Shown here: positions 39,708 to 48,538 of the stretch, piece after piece | Position numbering within the stretch: the first letter of the stretch is position 1 | Layout: every line of letters starts with the position of its first letter | Assembly (NCBI GenBank): GCA_963795855.1 | Contig: CAWCIZ010000001.1 | Coordinates: 480,001-544,000 of the forward strand | Direction of reading: 5' to 3' | DNA from: Vulcanimicrobiota bacterium | Lineage (GTDB): Bacteria; Vulcanimicrobiota; Vulcanimicrobiia; Vulcanimicrobiales; Vulcanimicrobiaceae | Length of the DNA: 64,000 nucleotides | Position numbers and translations under genes: made by a program | The notes under the pieces: model-generated | Told to the model about the DNA's origin: nothing | Databases searched by the model: none | The model's input: the letters and a program-made list of their open reading frames with translations, nothing else

Positions 39708-41039
39708 ATGTTCGATCAACTTTCGGATCGGTTGAACGCGATCTTCTCGCGTTTGACCGGTCGAGGACGGCTAAGCGAGAGTGACGTCAACGAAGTGATG
39801 CGCGAAGTGCGCATCGCTTTGCTTGAGGCCGACGTTTCGCTTTCCGCCGCCAAAGAATTCGTCAACCGCGTCAAGGAGAAGGCGGTTGGAGCGGACGTCA
39901 TGGCCTCGCTTTCGCCCGCGCAGACGATCGTCAAGATCGTACACGAAGAACTCGTCGACTTGCTGGGCGGCGCGGAAGCTCGTCTGCAGTTTTCCGACGC
40001 GCCTCCCTCGATTATCATGCTCGTCGGTCTGCAGGGTTCCGGTAAGACCACGCATGCCGGCAAGCTCGCGCTGCGTTTGAAAGAGCAAGGCCGCCGCAGC
40101 ATGCTCGTCGCCGCGGACGTCTACCGCCCGGCCGCGATCGCGCAATTGCAGACTTTGGGCAAACAAATCGATCTGCCGGTTTTCGAGCAAGGTCAGGGCG
40201 ATCCGGTGAAGATCGCGCGCAACGGCGTCGCTGAAGCCAAACGTCTGGGCATCTCCACGGTGATCGTCGACACGGCGGGCCGACTCCAAATCGACGAAGA
40301 TCTCATGGCCGAACTCGAGCGCATCAAAGCGGCGTTGAATCCAAAAGAAGTGTTGTTCGTTGCCGACGCGATGACGGGACAGGAAGCCACGAACGTCGCC
40401 AAGGGCTTCAACGATCGGCTCGGCGTCACGGGCGTTATTCTCACGAAGCTCGACGGCGATACGCGCGGCGGCGCGGCGCTCTCGATACATAAGGTGACGG
40501 GCGCGCCGATCAAATTCATCGGCGTCGGCGAAAAACTCTCCGCGCTCGAACCCTTCCATCCCGACCGGCTCGCGTCGCGCATTCTCGGAATGGGCGACGT
40601 CCTCACGCTCATCGAACGAACGCAAAACCTGTACTCCGCGGAGCAGGCCAAAGAACTCGAGCAGAAGATGCTAAAACAGCGCTTCACGCTCGACGACTTC
40701 TTGGATCAGATGCGTCAAATCCGCAAGATGGGGTCGATGACGGACATCCTGAAGATGATTCCCGGCGTCTCGCGAGCGCTGCCGAAAGATTTTGAAATTC
40801 CTGATGCCGACGTCAAGCGCATCGAAGCGATCATCTGCTCGATGACGCGCCGCGAGCGGCAGAATCCGGACGTACTGAACGGTTCTCGCCGCAAGCGCAT
40901 CGCGCAAGGGAGTGGGACGCAAGTGGCCGACGTGAACCGTCTGGTCAAGCGTTTCGAAGAAGCCCGCAAGATGATGAAGCAGATGGGCTTCGGCGGCAAA
41001 AGACGCCCGCGCATTCCGCTCGGAATCCGCGGCCGATAA
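39708..41039 (+). CDS. ffh: signal recognition particle protein
   Basis: GLQGSGKTT, DTAGR, TKLDGD, M domain SRRKRIAQGSG. Confidence 0.97.
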   Translation: MFDQLSDRLNAIFSRLTGRGRLSESDVNEVMREVRIALLEADVSLSAAKEFVNRVKEKAVGADVMASLSPAQTIVKIVHEELVDLLGGAEARLQFSDAPPSIIMLVGLQGSGKTTHAGKLALRLKEQGRRSMLVAADVYRPAAIAQLQTLGKQIDLPVFEQGQGDPVKIARNGVAEAKRLGISTVIVDTAGRLQIDEDLMAELERIKAALNPKEVLFVADAMTGQEATNVAKGFNDRLGVTGVILTKLDGDTRGGAALSIHKVTGAPIKFIGVGEKLSALEPFHPDRLASRILGMGDVLTLIERTQNLYSAEQAKELEQKMLKQRFTLDDFLDQMRQIRKMGSMTDILKMIPGVSRALPKDFEIPDADVKRIEAIICSMTRRERQNPDVLNGSRRKRIAQGSGTQVADVNRLVKRFEEARKMMKQMGFGGKRRPRIPLGIRGR

Positions 41040-41075
41040 AGATTTAGCACAACACGAAGCTGATTTGGGGTTATC

Positions 41076-41372
41076 ATGGTTAAGATCAGGCTGCGCCGCA
41101 TGGGCGCAAAAAAACAACCGACGTATCGTTTTGTAGTGGCGGACGCCCGTTCGCCGCGCGACGGCCGTTTCATCGAAATTCTCGGTCATTACAATCCGCG
41201 CGTCGAACCGCGCGAAATCGTCGTGAACGAAGAGAAGGCCAAGGCGTGGCTCGCCAAAGGCGCGCAGCCGTCGGATACGGTGCGACGTCTTTTCGCGGAA
41301 AAAGGCATCATGGAGCGCGGAGCCATTCCCGAGACCAAGCGCAAACCGAAATCGCAGGAAGGCGCCGGATAA
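41076..41372 (+). CDS. rpsP: 30S ribosomal protein S16
   Basis: [25 protein letters not shown]. Confidence 0.97.
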   Translation: MVKIRLRRMGAKKQPTYRFVVADARSPRDGRFIEILGHYNPRVEPREIVVNEEKAKAWLAKGAQPSDTVRRLFAEKGIMERGAIPETKRKPKSQEGAG

Positions 41373-41947
41373 TGAGCTCCTTCGATGACGAATTCGGCCT
41401 GTTCGGTGAAGGCGCCGAAGAGGGCGAACGTCGTTCGACGTTAGGCGCGCGCAAGATCGCCTCGAGCGAGACGATCATCGACGATATCGAGCCGGAAGAC
41501 GACGCGCCGCGTAAACGTACCGGAGAGCGCGGACCTCGCTTCGCCAAAGGCGGCGGCGGGAGGCCGCGTCAGGCCGGTGCGCATCGTGAGCCGGCCGATC
41601 CCGAAGCAGCGCGCGAACGTGCCGGACGTCTGCTGCAGTTCTTGGCGAAGAAGCTCGTCGCGAAACCCGACGTTGTGACGGTCGATTACTTTCCGCCGGA
41701 AAACGGCGAGAGCGCTGTAATCGAGCTCGTCGTGGATCCGGACGATATCGGAAAGGTGATCGGGCGAAACGGGCGCGTGGCGCAGGCGTTGCGCACCATC
41801 GTACGCGCGACTGCCGAAGGGCGCGTTTCCGTCGAAATCTTCGATTCGAGCGAACTCGAAGCGGAAGAAGGCGAATCGGAGGACGATGCCGAGCTCGAAT
41901 CAGCTCCCCGTCGGGCGCATCGCCGGACTTTTCGGAATACGCGGTGA
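41372..41947 (+). CDS. khpA: KH-domain RNA-binding protein (KhpA-like) with long N-terminal extension
   Basis: DIGKVIGRNGRVAQALRTIV; between rpsP and rimM; TAATG overlap. Confidence 0.85.
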   Translation: MSSFDDEFGLFGEGAEEGERRSTLGARKIASSETIIDDIEPEDDAPRKRTGERGPRFAKGGGGRPRQAGAHREPADPEAARERAGRLLQFLAKKLVAKPDVVTVDYFPPENGESAVIELVVDPDDIGKVIGRNGRVAQALRTIVRATAEGRVSVEIFDSSELEAEEGESEDDAELESAPRRAHRRTFRNTR

Positions 41948-42407
41948 ACTCAAGTGCGACCCGACAAGTGCGGGTCGCACGCTTTTTTCGGCGGGCGAAC
42001 GCTTCCACTTGTGCCTCTCGAATGGGGCATGGGAAGACGCGGAAGTTACCGCAGTGCGAGAACACAAAGGCCGATTGTTGATCCGTCTGCAAGGGGTGCT
42101 TACCGCAACGGATGGCGAGCGGTATGCGGGCGCGACGTTCTATGCCGATCGTGAACGCATCGAATTGCAGAGCGGCGAGTACCTCGACGTCGATTTGGTT
42201 GGGTGCATGCTTTACGACCCGCAAGGAAAACCGCTGGGCAAAGTCACTGCCGTGGAGCACTATCCCAGTTCCGACATGCTTGTCGTAAACGGCAAGCTCG
42301 TGCCGATGGTCGCCGCATTCATGCAGTCGATCGATCTCGCCGACAAGCGCATTGTCACGGACCTGCCGCCGGGACTGCTGGACGACGAAAATGCCGACGA
42401 GGCTTAA
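41886..42407 (+). CDS. rimM: ribosome maturation factor RimM
   Basis: VGRIAGLFGIRGELK, EYLDVDLVGC, LPPGLL. Confidence 0.93.
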   Translation: MPSSNQLPVGRIAGLFGIRGELKCDPTSAGRTLFSAGERFHLCLSNGAWEDAEVTAVREHKGRLLIRLQGVLTATDGERYAGATFYADRERIELQSGEYLDVDLVGCMLYDPQGKPLGKVTAVEHYPSSDMLVVNGKLVPMVAAFMQSIDLADKRIVTDLPPGLLDDENADEA

Positions 42408-42416
42408 GGGGAGCGC

Positions 42417-43457
42417 CTAGGCGTTTTCCGGATGCGCTGCGGCATACGCCTGCACGGCGCTGCCGACTGCATCTTTCAGCGAACCGGACGTTGCCGTTTG
42501 CGTCGCCAGCTTCGCGCCCCAGCACGTGTACACGTCCAAATTGAACGTCCACTGGGTGCGCGAGCCGAGGCCGTGGTGCGTGGTCGCCGCGCTCAGCGTT
42601 CCCGTCGCGATCGTGTTGTTGCGGTTCGTGCCGCACAGCGCGTCGGCTTCTTTCGTGAGGTTCATGCCCGACGATGCGGTCATGTGCGCGTAGTAGCGTT
42701 GGTTCAGCGCCGCATACAACTGCGAGGTCGCGGAAGACAGATCGTTCGCCGGAACGGTTCCGTTCACGCGTGCGACGAGTACGCCTTTACTCGGTTTGAC
42801 GACTTTCGGCGCGGCCGCCGTCGATTTGCCCTTGTGTTTGAACAGGCCGGCTATGTCGGCGAGTCCCTTACCGATGTTCGCTTGATTGTTGGCCATCGGC
42901 GTTGCGGTCGCGGTTGCTTGCGCTTGTTCGTATTGCTCCTGCAGGCCGCGTTCTTGCGCGATGATACTGTCGTGAATCGCAATCGCTTGGGAGGATGCAT
43001 CGGCGAACGTTTGAATCTGCGCCGTCTGCCCGAACTCCATGGTTCCGCTTCGCGTCGAAACCACTTGCTCGACGAGTGAGACGCCGTTGCCGAGCGGCGT
43101 CATATAGCCGCTCACGTAGTAATCGGCGTTCACGCTTTTGGCGTATTTCAGGTAGTCGCTTTCCTTGACGGTGGACGGCGCGCCGATCGTGTCGATTCCG
43201 CCCGCCGCGTTCATCTGCTCGACGAAGAGATTCGCGGCTTTCTCGCCGTTGCCGGCCGCGATGTCGGTGCTCGTGCCGAACGGAAAGACGACGACGATCG
43301 GCAAGCTCTGCACCGGCGTTGCAGCGGGTACCGGAACCGGCGTTGCCGTCGGCTTGGGCGTTGGACGCGGCGGTGCGGCGCCGGTCAGCGCTACACTCAA
43401 ACAAAGCAAGAACACTGCGGAAAAGCGACGCACGAACATCCTCTCGAAGCCGATCAT
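42417..43457 (-). CDS. hypothetical secreted protein
   Basis: Signal peptide, Pro/Thr linker, ATGA overlap with upstream hydrolase. Confidence 0.75.
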   Translation of the reverse strand: MIGFERMFVRRFSAVFLLCLSVALTGAAPPRPTPKPTATPVPVPAATPVQSLPIVVVFPFGTSTDIAAGNGEKAANLFVEQMNAAGGIDTIGAPSTVKESDYLKYAKSVNADYYVSGYMTPLGNGVSLVEQVVSTRSGTMEFGQTAQIQTFADASSQAIAIHDSIIAQERGLQEQYEQAQATATATPMANNQANIGKGLADIAGLFKHKGKSTAAAPKVVKPSKGVLVARVNGTVPANDLSSATSQLYAALNQRYYAHMTASSGMNLTKEADALCGTNRNNTIATGTLSAATTHHGLGSRTQWTFNLDVYTCWGAKLATQTATSGSLKDAVGSAVQAYAAAHPENA

Positions 43458-44138
43458 TGTAACCCACTTACAAACGCCGCGATCGCTGCGTTCGTTTCCG
43501 CGGGACGCTCGACCATCACGAAGTGGCCGGCGTCCCGGATCATTCGCGCCTGAGCGCCGCGAACCCGGCCGGCGAGCGCGGCCGCATGCTTGGCCGGCGC
43601 CAGCTTGTCCGCTTCTCCCGTAAGCGCGAGCACCGGCAGGCGTATCCGATCGACACGGTCCAGCGCATCGAAGGCATCGCAAGCGCGAAAATCGCGAACC
43701 GTTTGTGCTTGACCGACGGCCAGCATCATTCCGACTGCCGCGTCCACGCGGTCCCGGCGTCGCGTCGGCGAAAAAGTATGACGCGATCGTGCGCGCACCG
43801 CTCTCGAAGTCTCGTTCACACTCGTCGATGAATGCGGGCGCGACGCGCATACGAGCGCCGCCGCCCAGAAGCACCACGCCAACGAGCCATGACGGCGCGC
43901 GGAGCGCGAGATCGATCGCGATCGCCGCGCCCATCGAATGTCCGCAAACGACGAGCGGATGCGTATCGTGCTCCTCCGCAATCGAGCAAACGGCATCGGC
44001 AAATTCCGCTACGGAGGCGGCGGAGCCGGCCTGCAGATGTCCGGGCAAGTTCGGCGCGATCGATCCGCGAAATGCAGGCAGCTGCGCGTCGAACACTGCT
44101 CCGGTGCAGCCGGCGCCATGTACGAACAGCAGCGTCAC
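43454..44138 (-). CDS. alpha/beta hydrolase, apparent frameshift near 43755
   Basis: LLFVHGAG, GHSMG, then GEADKL..AGHFVMVERP in another frame. Confidence 0.88.
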
Positions 44139-45010
44139 GACGCTGCTTTGCCTTCCGTTTCCAAGACCGCTCCTTCGGCGTCGCACACCGGATCGACGAG
44201 CGGTGCCACGCGTTCGGTGCCTTTGAGATGCGCCCAGCCCGCCGACAACTCGGCGCCGAACAAAAATATCACGCCGATCAGGTAGAACCATAGCAAAAGA
44301 ACGAGGGGAGCGGAAAGTGCGCCGTAGACGCGAGTGAAGTCGACGTGCACCGTGTAGAACGCGAACGCAAACTGTACCGCGGGCCACATCAGCGCGACGA
44401 AGGACGCGCCCGGTACCGCGAAGCGCCAGCGCACGCTCCGATTCGGGAGAAACGTGTACAGGAAGATCACGGTGACGAACACGAGTGCCATCGAGATGCC
44501 GTACGCGAGAAGTTCGGAGACGTTGCGCGGGTCGATCACATGCGCGTATGCGAACACGACTGAAACGGCTACCGGCATGCCGATTGCCAGAATCATGATG
44601 ATCCCCGTGATGGGCAGCATGACCAGCGAGAGCGCCATGTCGTGCAGCAGCGGCCGGCTCTTCGGCACCGCAAGGGCGCGATTGAGCGCGTACGCCAGGC
44701 CCATGAAGAGATTTTTGGCAGCCCATACGACGACGACGAACGCGATCGCGCTTGAGACGCCTCGCCCGTACACGTACGTGCGAAGATTCGCTGCCACGGT
44801 ATCGTGCAGCGCCGGCGCAAACGTGTCGAAAAAATTGAGGACTTGCTTATCGGCGTTCGGAAAGATCAGCGAGGCGGCGGTCAAGACCAGAACGAGCAGC
44901 GGGAAGATTGCAAACAGCGCGTTGAATGCGATGGCCTGTGACAAGAACGCGCAGCCGTCGCGGGAGAACCGCATGCCGGCTTCCCGAAATGCTAAGATGA
45001 GCCGCATCAC
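44135..45010 (-). CDS. YihY/BrkB family membrane protein
   Basis: AIAFNALFAIFPLL, YTFLPNR, YGALSA..LLWFYL..LFGAE. Confidence 0.92.
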   Translation of the reverse strand: MMRLILAFREAGMRFSRDGCAFLSQAIAFNALFAIFPLLVLVLTAASLIFPNADKQVLNFFDTFAPALHDTVAANLRTYVYGRGVSSAIAFVVVVWAAKNLFMGLAYALNRALAVPKSRPLLHDMALSLVMLPITGIIMILAIGMPVAVSVVFAYAHVIDPRNVSELLAYGISMALVFVTVIFLYTFLPNRSVRWRFAVPGASFVALMWPAVQFAFAFYTVHVDFTRVYGALSAPLVLLLWFYLIGVIFLFGAELSAGWAHLKGTERVAPLVDPVCDAEGAVLETEGKAAS

Positions 45011-45034
45011 CTGCGGTATTATCGCGGTCCGGAC

Positions 45035-45545
45035 GTGATTTTCCCACTAGCCGCGGCGGCCCTTACGGTCCTGCTCGACGGCGTCCCGCTGCGTTCGTAC
45101 AACAAGCCGTACATTGCAGGCGGCCATGTCATGGCGCCGCTGGAACCGTACGTAACCGCGCTTGCCGCAAGCATTGAATTCGACGGCCGCGCGCTGATCG
45201 TGCGGCGAGGCGATATCTTCGCGCAGCTGCCGATGAGCGCCGCGCCGGATCCCGAGCGTTACGAGTCGACGTACGTCGAATTCGCACCGCTCGCGCGAAC
45301 GCTGGGGCTTCGCGTACGCTTCGACGCGCGCACGCGAACGCTGTACGTTCACACGCCGCGCGCAGCGTTCGCGACGCCGACGCCGTTCAATCCGGCGGTG
45401 CCGCACGTGCTGCCGAGCGCGGTGTTCACGCCAACGCCTGCGGTAACGCGCGCGGCCGAAGGTCAGCGGGACGCCGCTCCCGCGCCGGACTCCGCTGCCT
45501 GCGCAATCGCCGCCAAGTCCCGCTCCCCGAGACCGCGTTCGCTAG
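45035..45545 (+). CDS. copper amine oxidase N-terminal (stalk)-like domain protein, apparent frameshift near 45450
   Basis: TVLLDG..PYIAGGHVMAPL..LARTLGLRVRFD; shifted tail RPKVSGTPLPRRTP ends TAG 45545. Confidence 0.65.
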
Positions 45546-46332
45546 CGGCGCGCAGCGCGCTTTCAACCGCAGCGATCACGGGCAGTTCGAGCTTTCCGGC
45601 GGAACGCAGCATCAACTCGGCATCCTTACGCGCCATGTCGAGCGTCCAAGTCGGTTCGTAATCGCCTTGCGCCATGCGCTTCCCGCGGCCGCCGATTTGC
45701 CCGCAGGGGTCGTACTGCTGGAAAAGGGTGTACGCGGTCTCGCGATCCACGCCGTTGGCCTGTGCGATCGAGAACATGTCGTTCATGCCGCCGACTACAG
45801 CCAGAATCATCGCGTTGCCCATCAGTTTGAAAACCGCTGCGAGATCGCTGCGTTCGCCTACATGCCACAGGGAGCCGGTCATGGGCTCGAGTGCGGGACG
45901 GACGCTTTCGAAGATGCTTTTGTCTCCCGAGGCCAGCATCAAGCCGGTCGCCGCCGCCGCGTTCGGCGGCCCCATGAACACCGGCGCGTGTTGAAACGGG
46001 ATGCCGCAGCCGGACAGGCGCCGGCGGCGCGGTTCGACGTTTTGAGGCAGAACAGTCGTGTGATCGATCACGGGAGTTCCGCGCGCGATGCCCTCGAGTG
46101 CAGCGTCCAGCGTCGAGTCGACCGACTCGTCGCTGCGCAAGCAGAGATGCACGCGCTGCGCACCGCGCGCCGCTTCAGCCGGCGAAGCAACGGCCCGTGC
46201 GCCGAAAGCCTCTAGCGCCTGCGCTTTTTCGAACGTGCGGTTCCAAACGCGTACGGTGATGCCGCGCCGCGAAAGAGCTCGAACGAAACCGGAGCCGAGC
46301 ATGCCGGCTCCGAAAAACGCGACCGTTTCCAT
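45463..46332 (-). CDS. NAD(P)-dependent oxidoreductase, beta-hydroxyacid dehydrogenase family
   Basis: FFGAGMLG, VWNRT, APVFMG, FKLMGN. Confidence 0.9.
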   Translation of the reverse strand: METVAFFGAGMLGSGFVRALSRRGITVRVWNRTFEKAQALEAFGARAVASPAEAARGAQRVHLCLRSDESVDSTLDAALEGIARGTPVIDHTTVLPQNVEPRRRRLSGCGIPFQHAPVFMGPPNAAAATGLMLASGDKSIFESVRPALEPMTGSLWHVGERSDLAAVFKLMGNAMILAVVGGMNDMFSIAQANGVDRETAYTLFQQYDPCGQIGGRGKRMAQGDYEPTWTLDMARKDAELMLRSAGKLELPVIAAVESALRAASERGLGERDLAAIAQAAESGAGAASR

Positions 46333-46334
46333 CT

Positions 46335-48047
46335 TTACGCCATACCCAGAACGCTCGCTGCGCGTTGCGCGACCTCGCGCAGAACGCCCGGATCGAATGG
46401 CGATCGCAACCCCGCCGTGCGAACCAGCGCCGGAAACGGAAGCGTTCCCCCACGCGCGCACAACGTGCGATAGTCCGAAACGGCGCCGTCGAAGTCGTCG
46501 AGCGACTTCGACCAAAACTGCAGCGCGCAGCACATCGCGAGCGTGTAGTCGATGTAGTAGAACGGCATTTGGTAGACGTGGCGCTGCAACTGCCAGAAGC
46601 CGCCGCGCTCCAAGTGTTCGATGCCGCCGTATCTGCGCCAGGGAAGATACGTCGCTTCGAGCTGCTTCCAGAACGAATTGCGTTCCTGCGGCGACGCATC
46701 CGGGTTCTCGTACACGAAATGCTGGAAGTGATCGACCGCCGCACCGTACGGCAGAAAAATGATCGACGACTTGAGGTGCTGCTGCCGGTACCGCTGCGCG
46801 TCTTCGCCGAAGAAGCGCTCGAGCTGCGGCCACGTCAAGAACTCCATCGACATCGAATGCACTTCGCATGCTTCGTACGTCGGCCACACGTAATCGGAGA
46901 CCGGCAAGTCTCGGCTCGAATAGTTCTGGAAAGCGTGGCCCATCTCGTGGACGAGCACGTTGACGTCGTGCGTCGTGCCGTTGAAGTTTGCAAAGATGTA
47001 AGGAAGGCCGTAGGTCGGAAAGCTCGTGCAGAAACCGCCGCCCGCTTTGCGATCGCGGGAACGCAGGTCGAGCAGGTCGCGATCGATCATCAGCGCTGCG
47101 AAGTCGCCGATTTCCGGGCCCAGTGCCTTGAACGCTTCGCGTGCGCGCCCCAGCATGCGGTCGTAATCCTGCGGCGGTTCGGGCGCGCCGTCGACGTCGA
47201 AGATCGCCTCGTCCCAAATCATGATCTCGTCAATCCCGAGATCGCGCGCTTGCTGCTCCCGAATGCGTTGCGCGAGCGGGACGATTTCGCGCACGATCTC
47301 TTCACGATAACGCGCGACGTCGGCCGCTCCGTAGTCGGTGCGCGTGAGACGGCGGTACGCCAGCTCCGTAAAGTTGTGATATTCGAGTTCGCGCGCCATC
47401 TCCGTGCGCACGTGAACGAGCGCGTCGTAAATGCGGTCGAGCTGCTCCCGATTGCGCGAGAAGAACTCCCACTTTACGATTGCAGCCTCTCGACGCACGT
47501 CGCGGTCGCGGTTTTCTGCGAACTTGCCCATCTTGGGCAGATTCAATTTTTCGCCGCGGAAGTCGAATTCGGCTTTGGCGAGCAGCTCGGTGTACTGGTC
47601 CTGAAGCTGCGCTTCTTTGACGGCGAACGGCTCGACGACGGGATCGTATGCGGTTACCTCGGTTTCCCACCGCGCGAACAGGTACTCGCCGAGCGTGCTT
47701 TCCAGCTCGCGCCGCAAAGGCGAGCCTAGAAACTTTTTCTTCACGGAGACTTCGAGGCCGGTGATCTTCGGACGCAACTCGTTGAGTGCGTCGGACTCCG
47801 CTTTGTATTGCGCGTTGCCCGTGTCTTGTTCGAAATGCAGATCGACGAGCGCGGACCAACTCATGAATTCGCGGCGCGCGTTTTCCCAGCGCTCGAGCAC
47901 GGAGAGCGCTTGGGCTACGCTGCTTGCGCGGTCCAGATCGGCGATGAGCTGATCGTAGAGGGCGCGCATGCCTTCGAAGTCGGGCGGCTGAGCGGTAACG
48001 TCGGCGAAGCGGCGGGCGGGTTTAAACGTCGGCGGTGCAGTCAGCAT
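46335..48047 (-). CDS. M3 family oligoendopeptidase
   Basis: KAGGGFCT, ANFNGT, HEMGHAFQ, PFYYIDY. Confidence 0.94.
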   Translation of the reverse strand: MLTAPPTFKPARRFADVTAQPPDFEGMRALYDQLIADLDRASSVAQALSVLERWENARREFMSWSALVDLHFEQDTGNAQYKAESDALNELRPKITGLEVSVKKKFLGSPLRRELESTLGEYLFARWETEVTAYDPVVEPFAVKEAQLQDQYTELLAKAEFDFRGEKLNLPKMGKFAENRDRDVRREAAIVKWEFFSRNREQLDRIYDALVHVRTEMARELEYHNFTELAYRRLTRTDYGAADVARYREEIVREIVPLAQRIREQQARDLGIDEIMIWDEAIFDVDGAPEPPQDYDRMLGRAREAFKALGPEIGDFAALMIDRDLLDLRSRDRKAGGGFCTSFPTYGLPYIFANFNGTTHDVNVLVHEMGHAFQNYSSRDLPVSDYVWPTYEACEVHSMSMEFLTWPQLERFFGEDAQRYRQQHLKSSIIFLPYGAAVDHFQHFVYENPDASPQERNSFWKQLEATYLPWRRYGGIEHLERGGFWQLQRHVYQMPFYYIDYTLAMCCALQFWSKSLDDFDGAVSDYRTLCARGGTLPFPALVRTAGLRSPFDPGVLREVAQRAASVLGMA

Positions 48048-48119
48048 GCGCTACGCTACACCGCCGGCGCCGCCGCACCTGCGCTTGTGAACGTTACTTA
48101 CTTATGATAGCCTTGATGC

Positions 48120-48482
48120 GTGGGAGAACCGACAACGAGCAGTCACGCGGCACAGGCGCCGGCCGGGCACGCCGAACTGTGTCCGCGGTACCATCAGGCG
48201 GTGGAATTGATCGGCAAGCGCTGGACGGGCGCGATCGTTCGAACGCTGCTGAGCGGTCCGCGCCGCTTCAACGAATTGCTGGGAGCGATTCCGGGAATCT
48301 CCGACCGGCTGCTCACGGAACGGCTGCGCGAACTCGAAGCGGAAGGGATCGCGCGGCGTGAGGTGGTCCCCGAATCGCCGGTTCGCGTCATGTACGAACT
48401 CACGCAGTCCGGCACCGAGCTCGGGCCCGCGCTCGACGAAATTGCGCGGTGGGCTGAACGCTGGATCGAGCCGCCCGAGTAA
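48120..48482 (+). CDS. HxlR family winged-helix regulator
   Basis: CP..LIGKRW..RRFNEL..ISDRLLTERLRELE..YELT. Confidence 0.92.
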   Translation: MGEPTTSSHAAQAPAGHAELCPRYHQAVELIGKRWTGAIVRTLLSGPRRFNELLGAIPGISDRLLTERLRELEAEGIARREVVPESPVRVMYELTQSGTELGPALDEIARWAERWIEPPE

Positions 48483-48538
48483 CGTCGCGGTTCGCGGCGC
48501 GAAGGCTCCGCGCAGCGCATTTTTGAAAAGCCCGAAGC

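Noticed and set aside
42417..44726. 769-aa hydrolase-secreted protein fusion
   Set aside because: Frameshift near 43755 joins two genes; the hydrolase C-terminus lies in another frame
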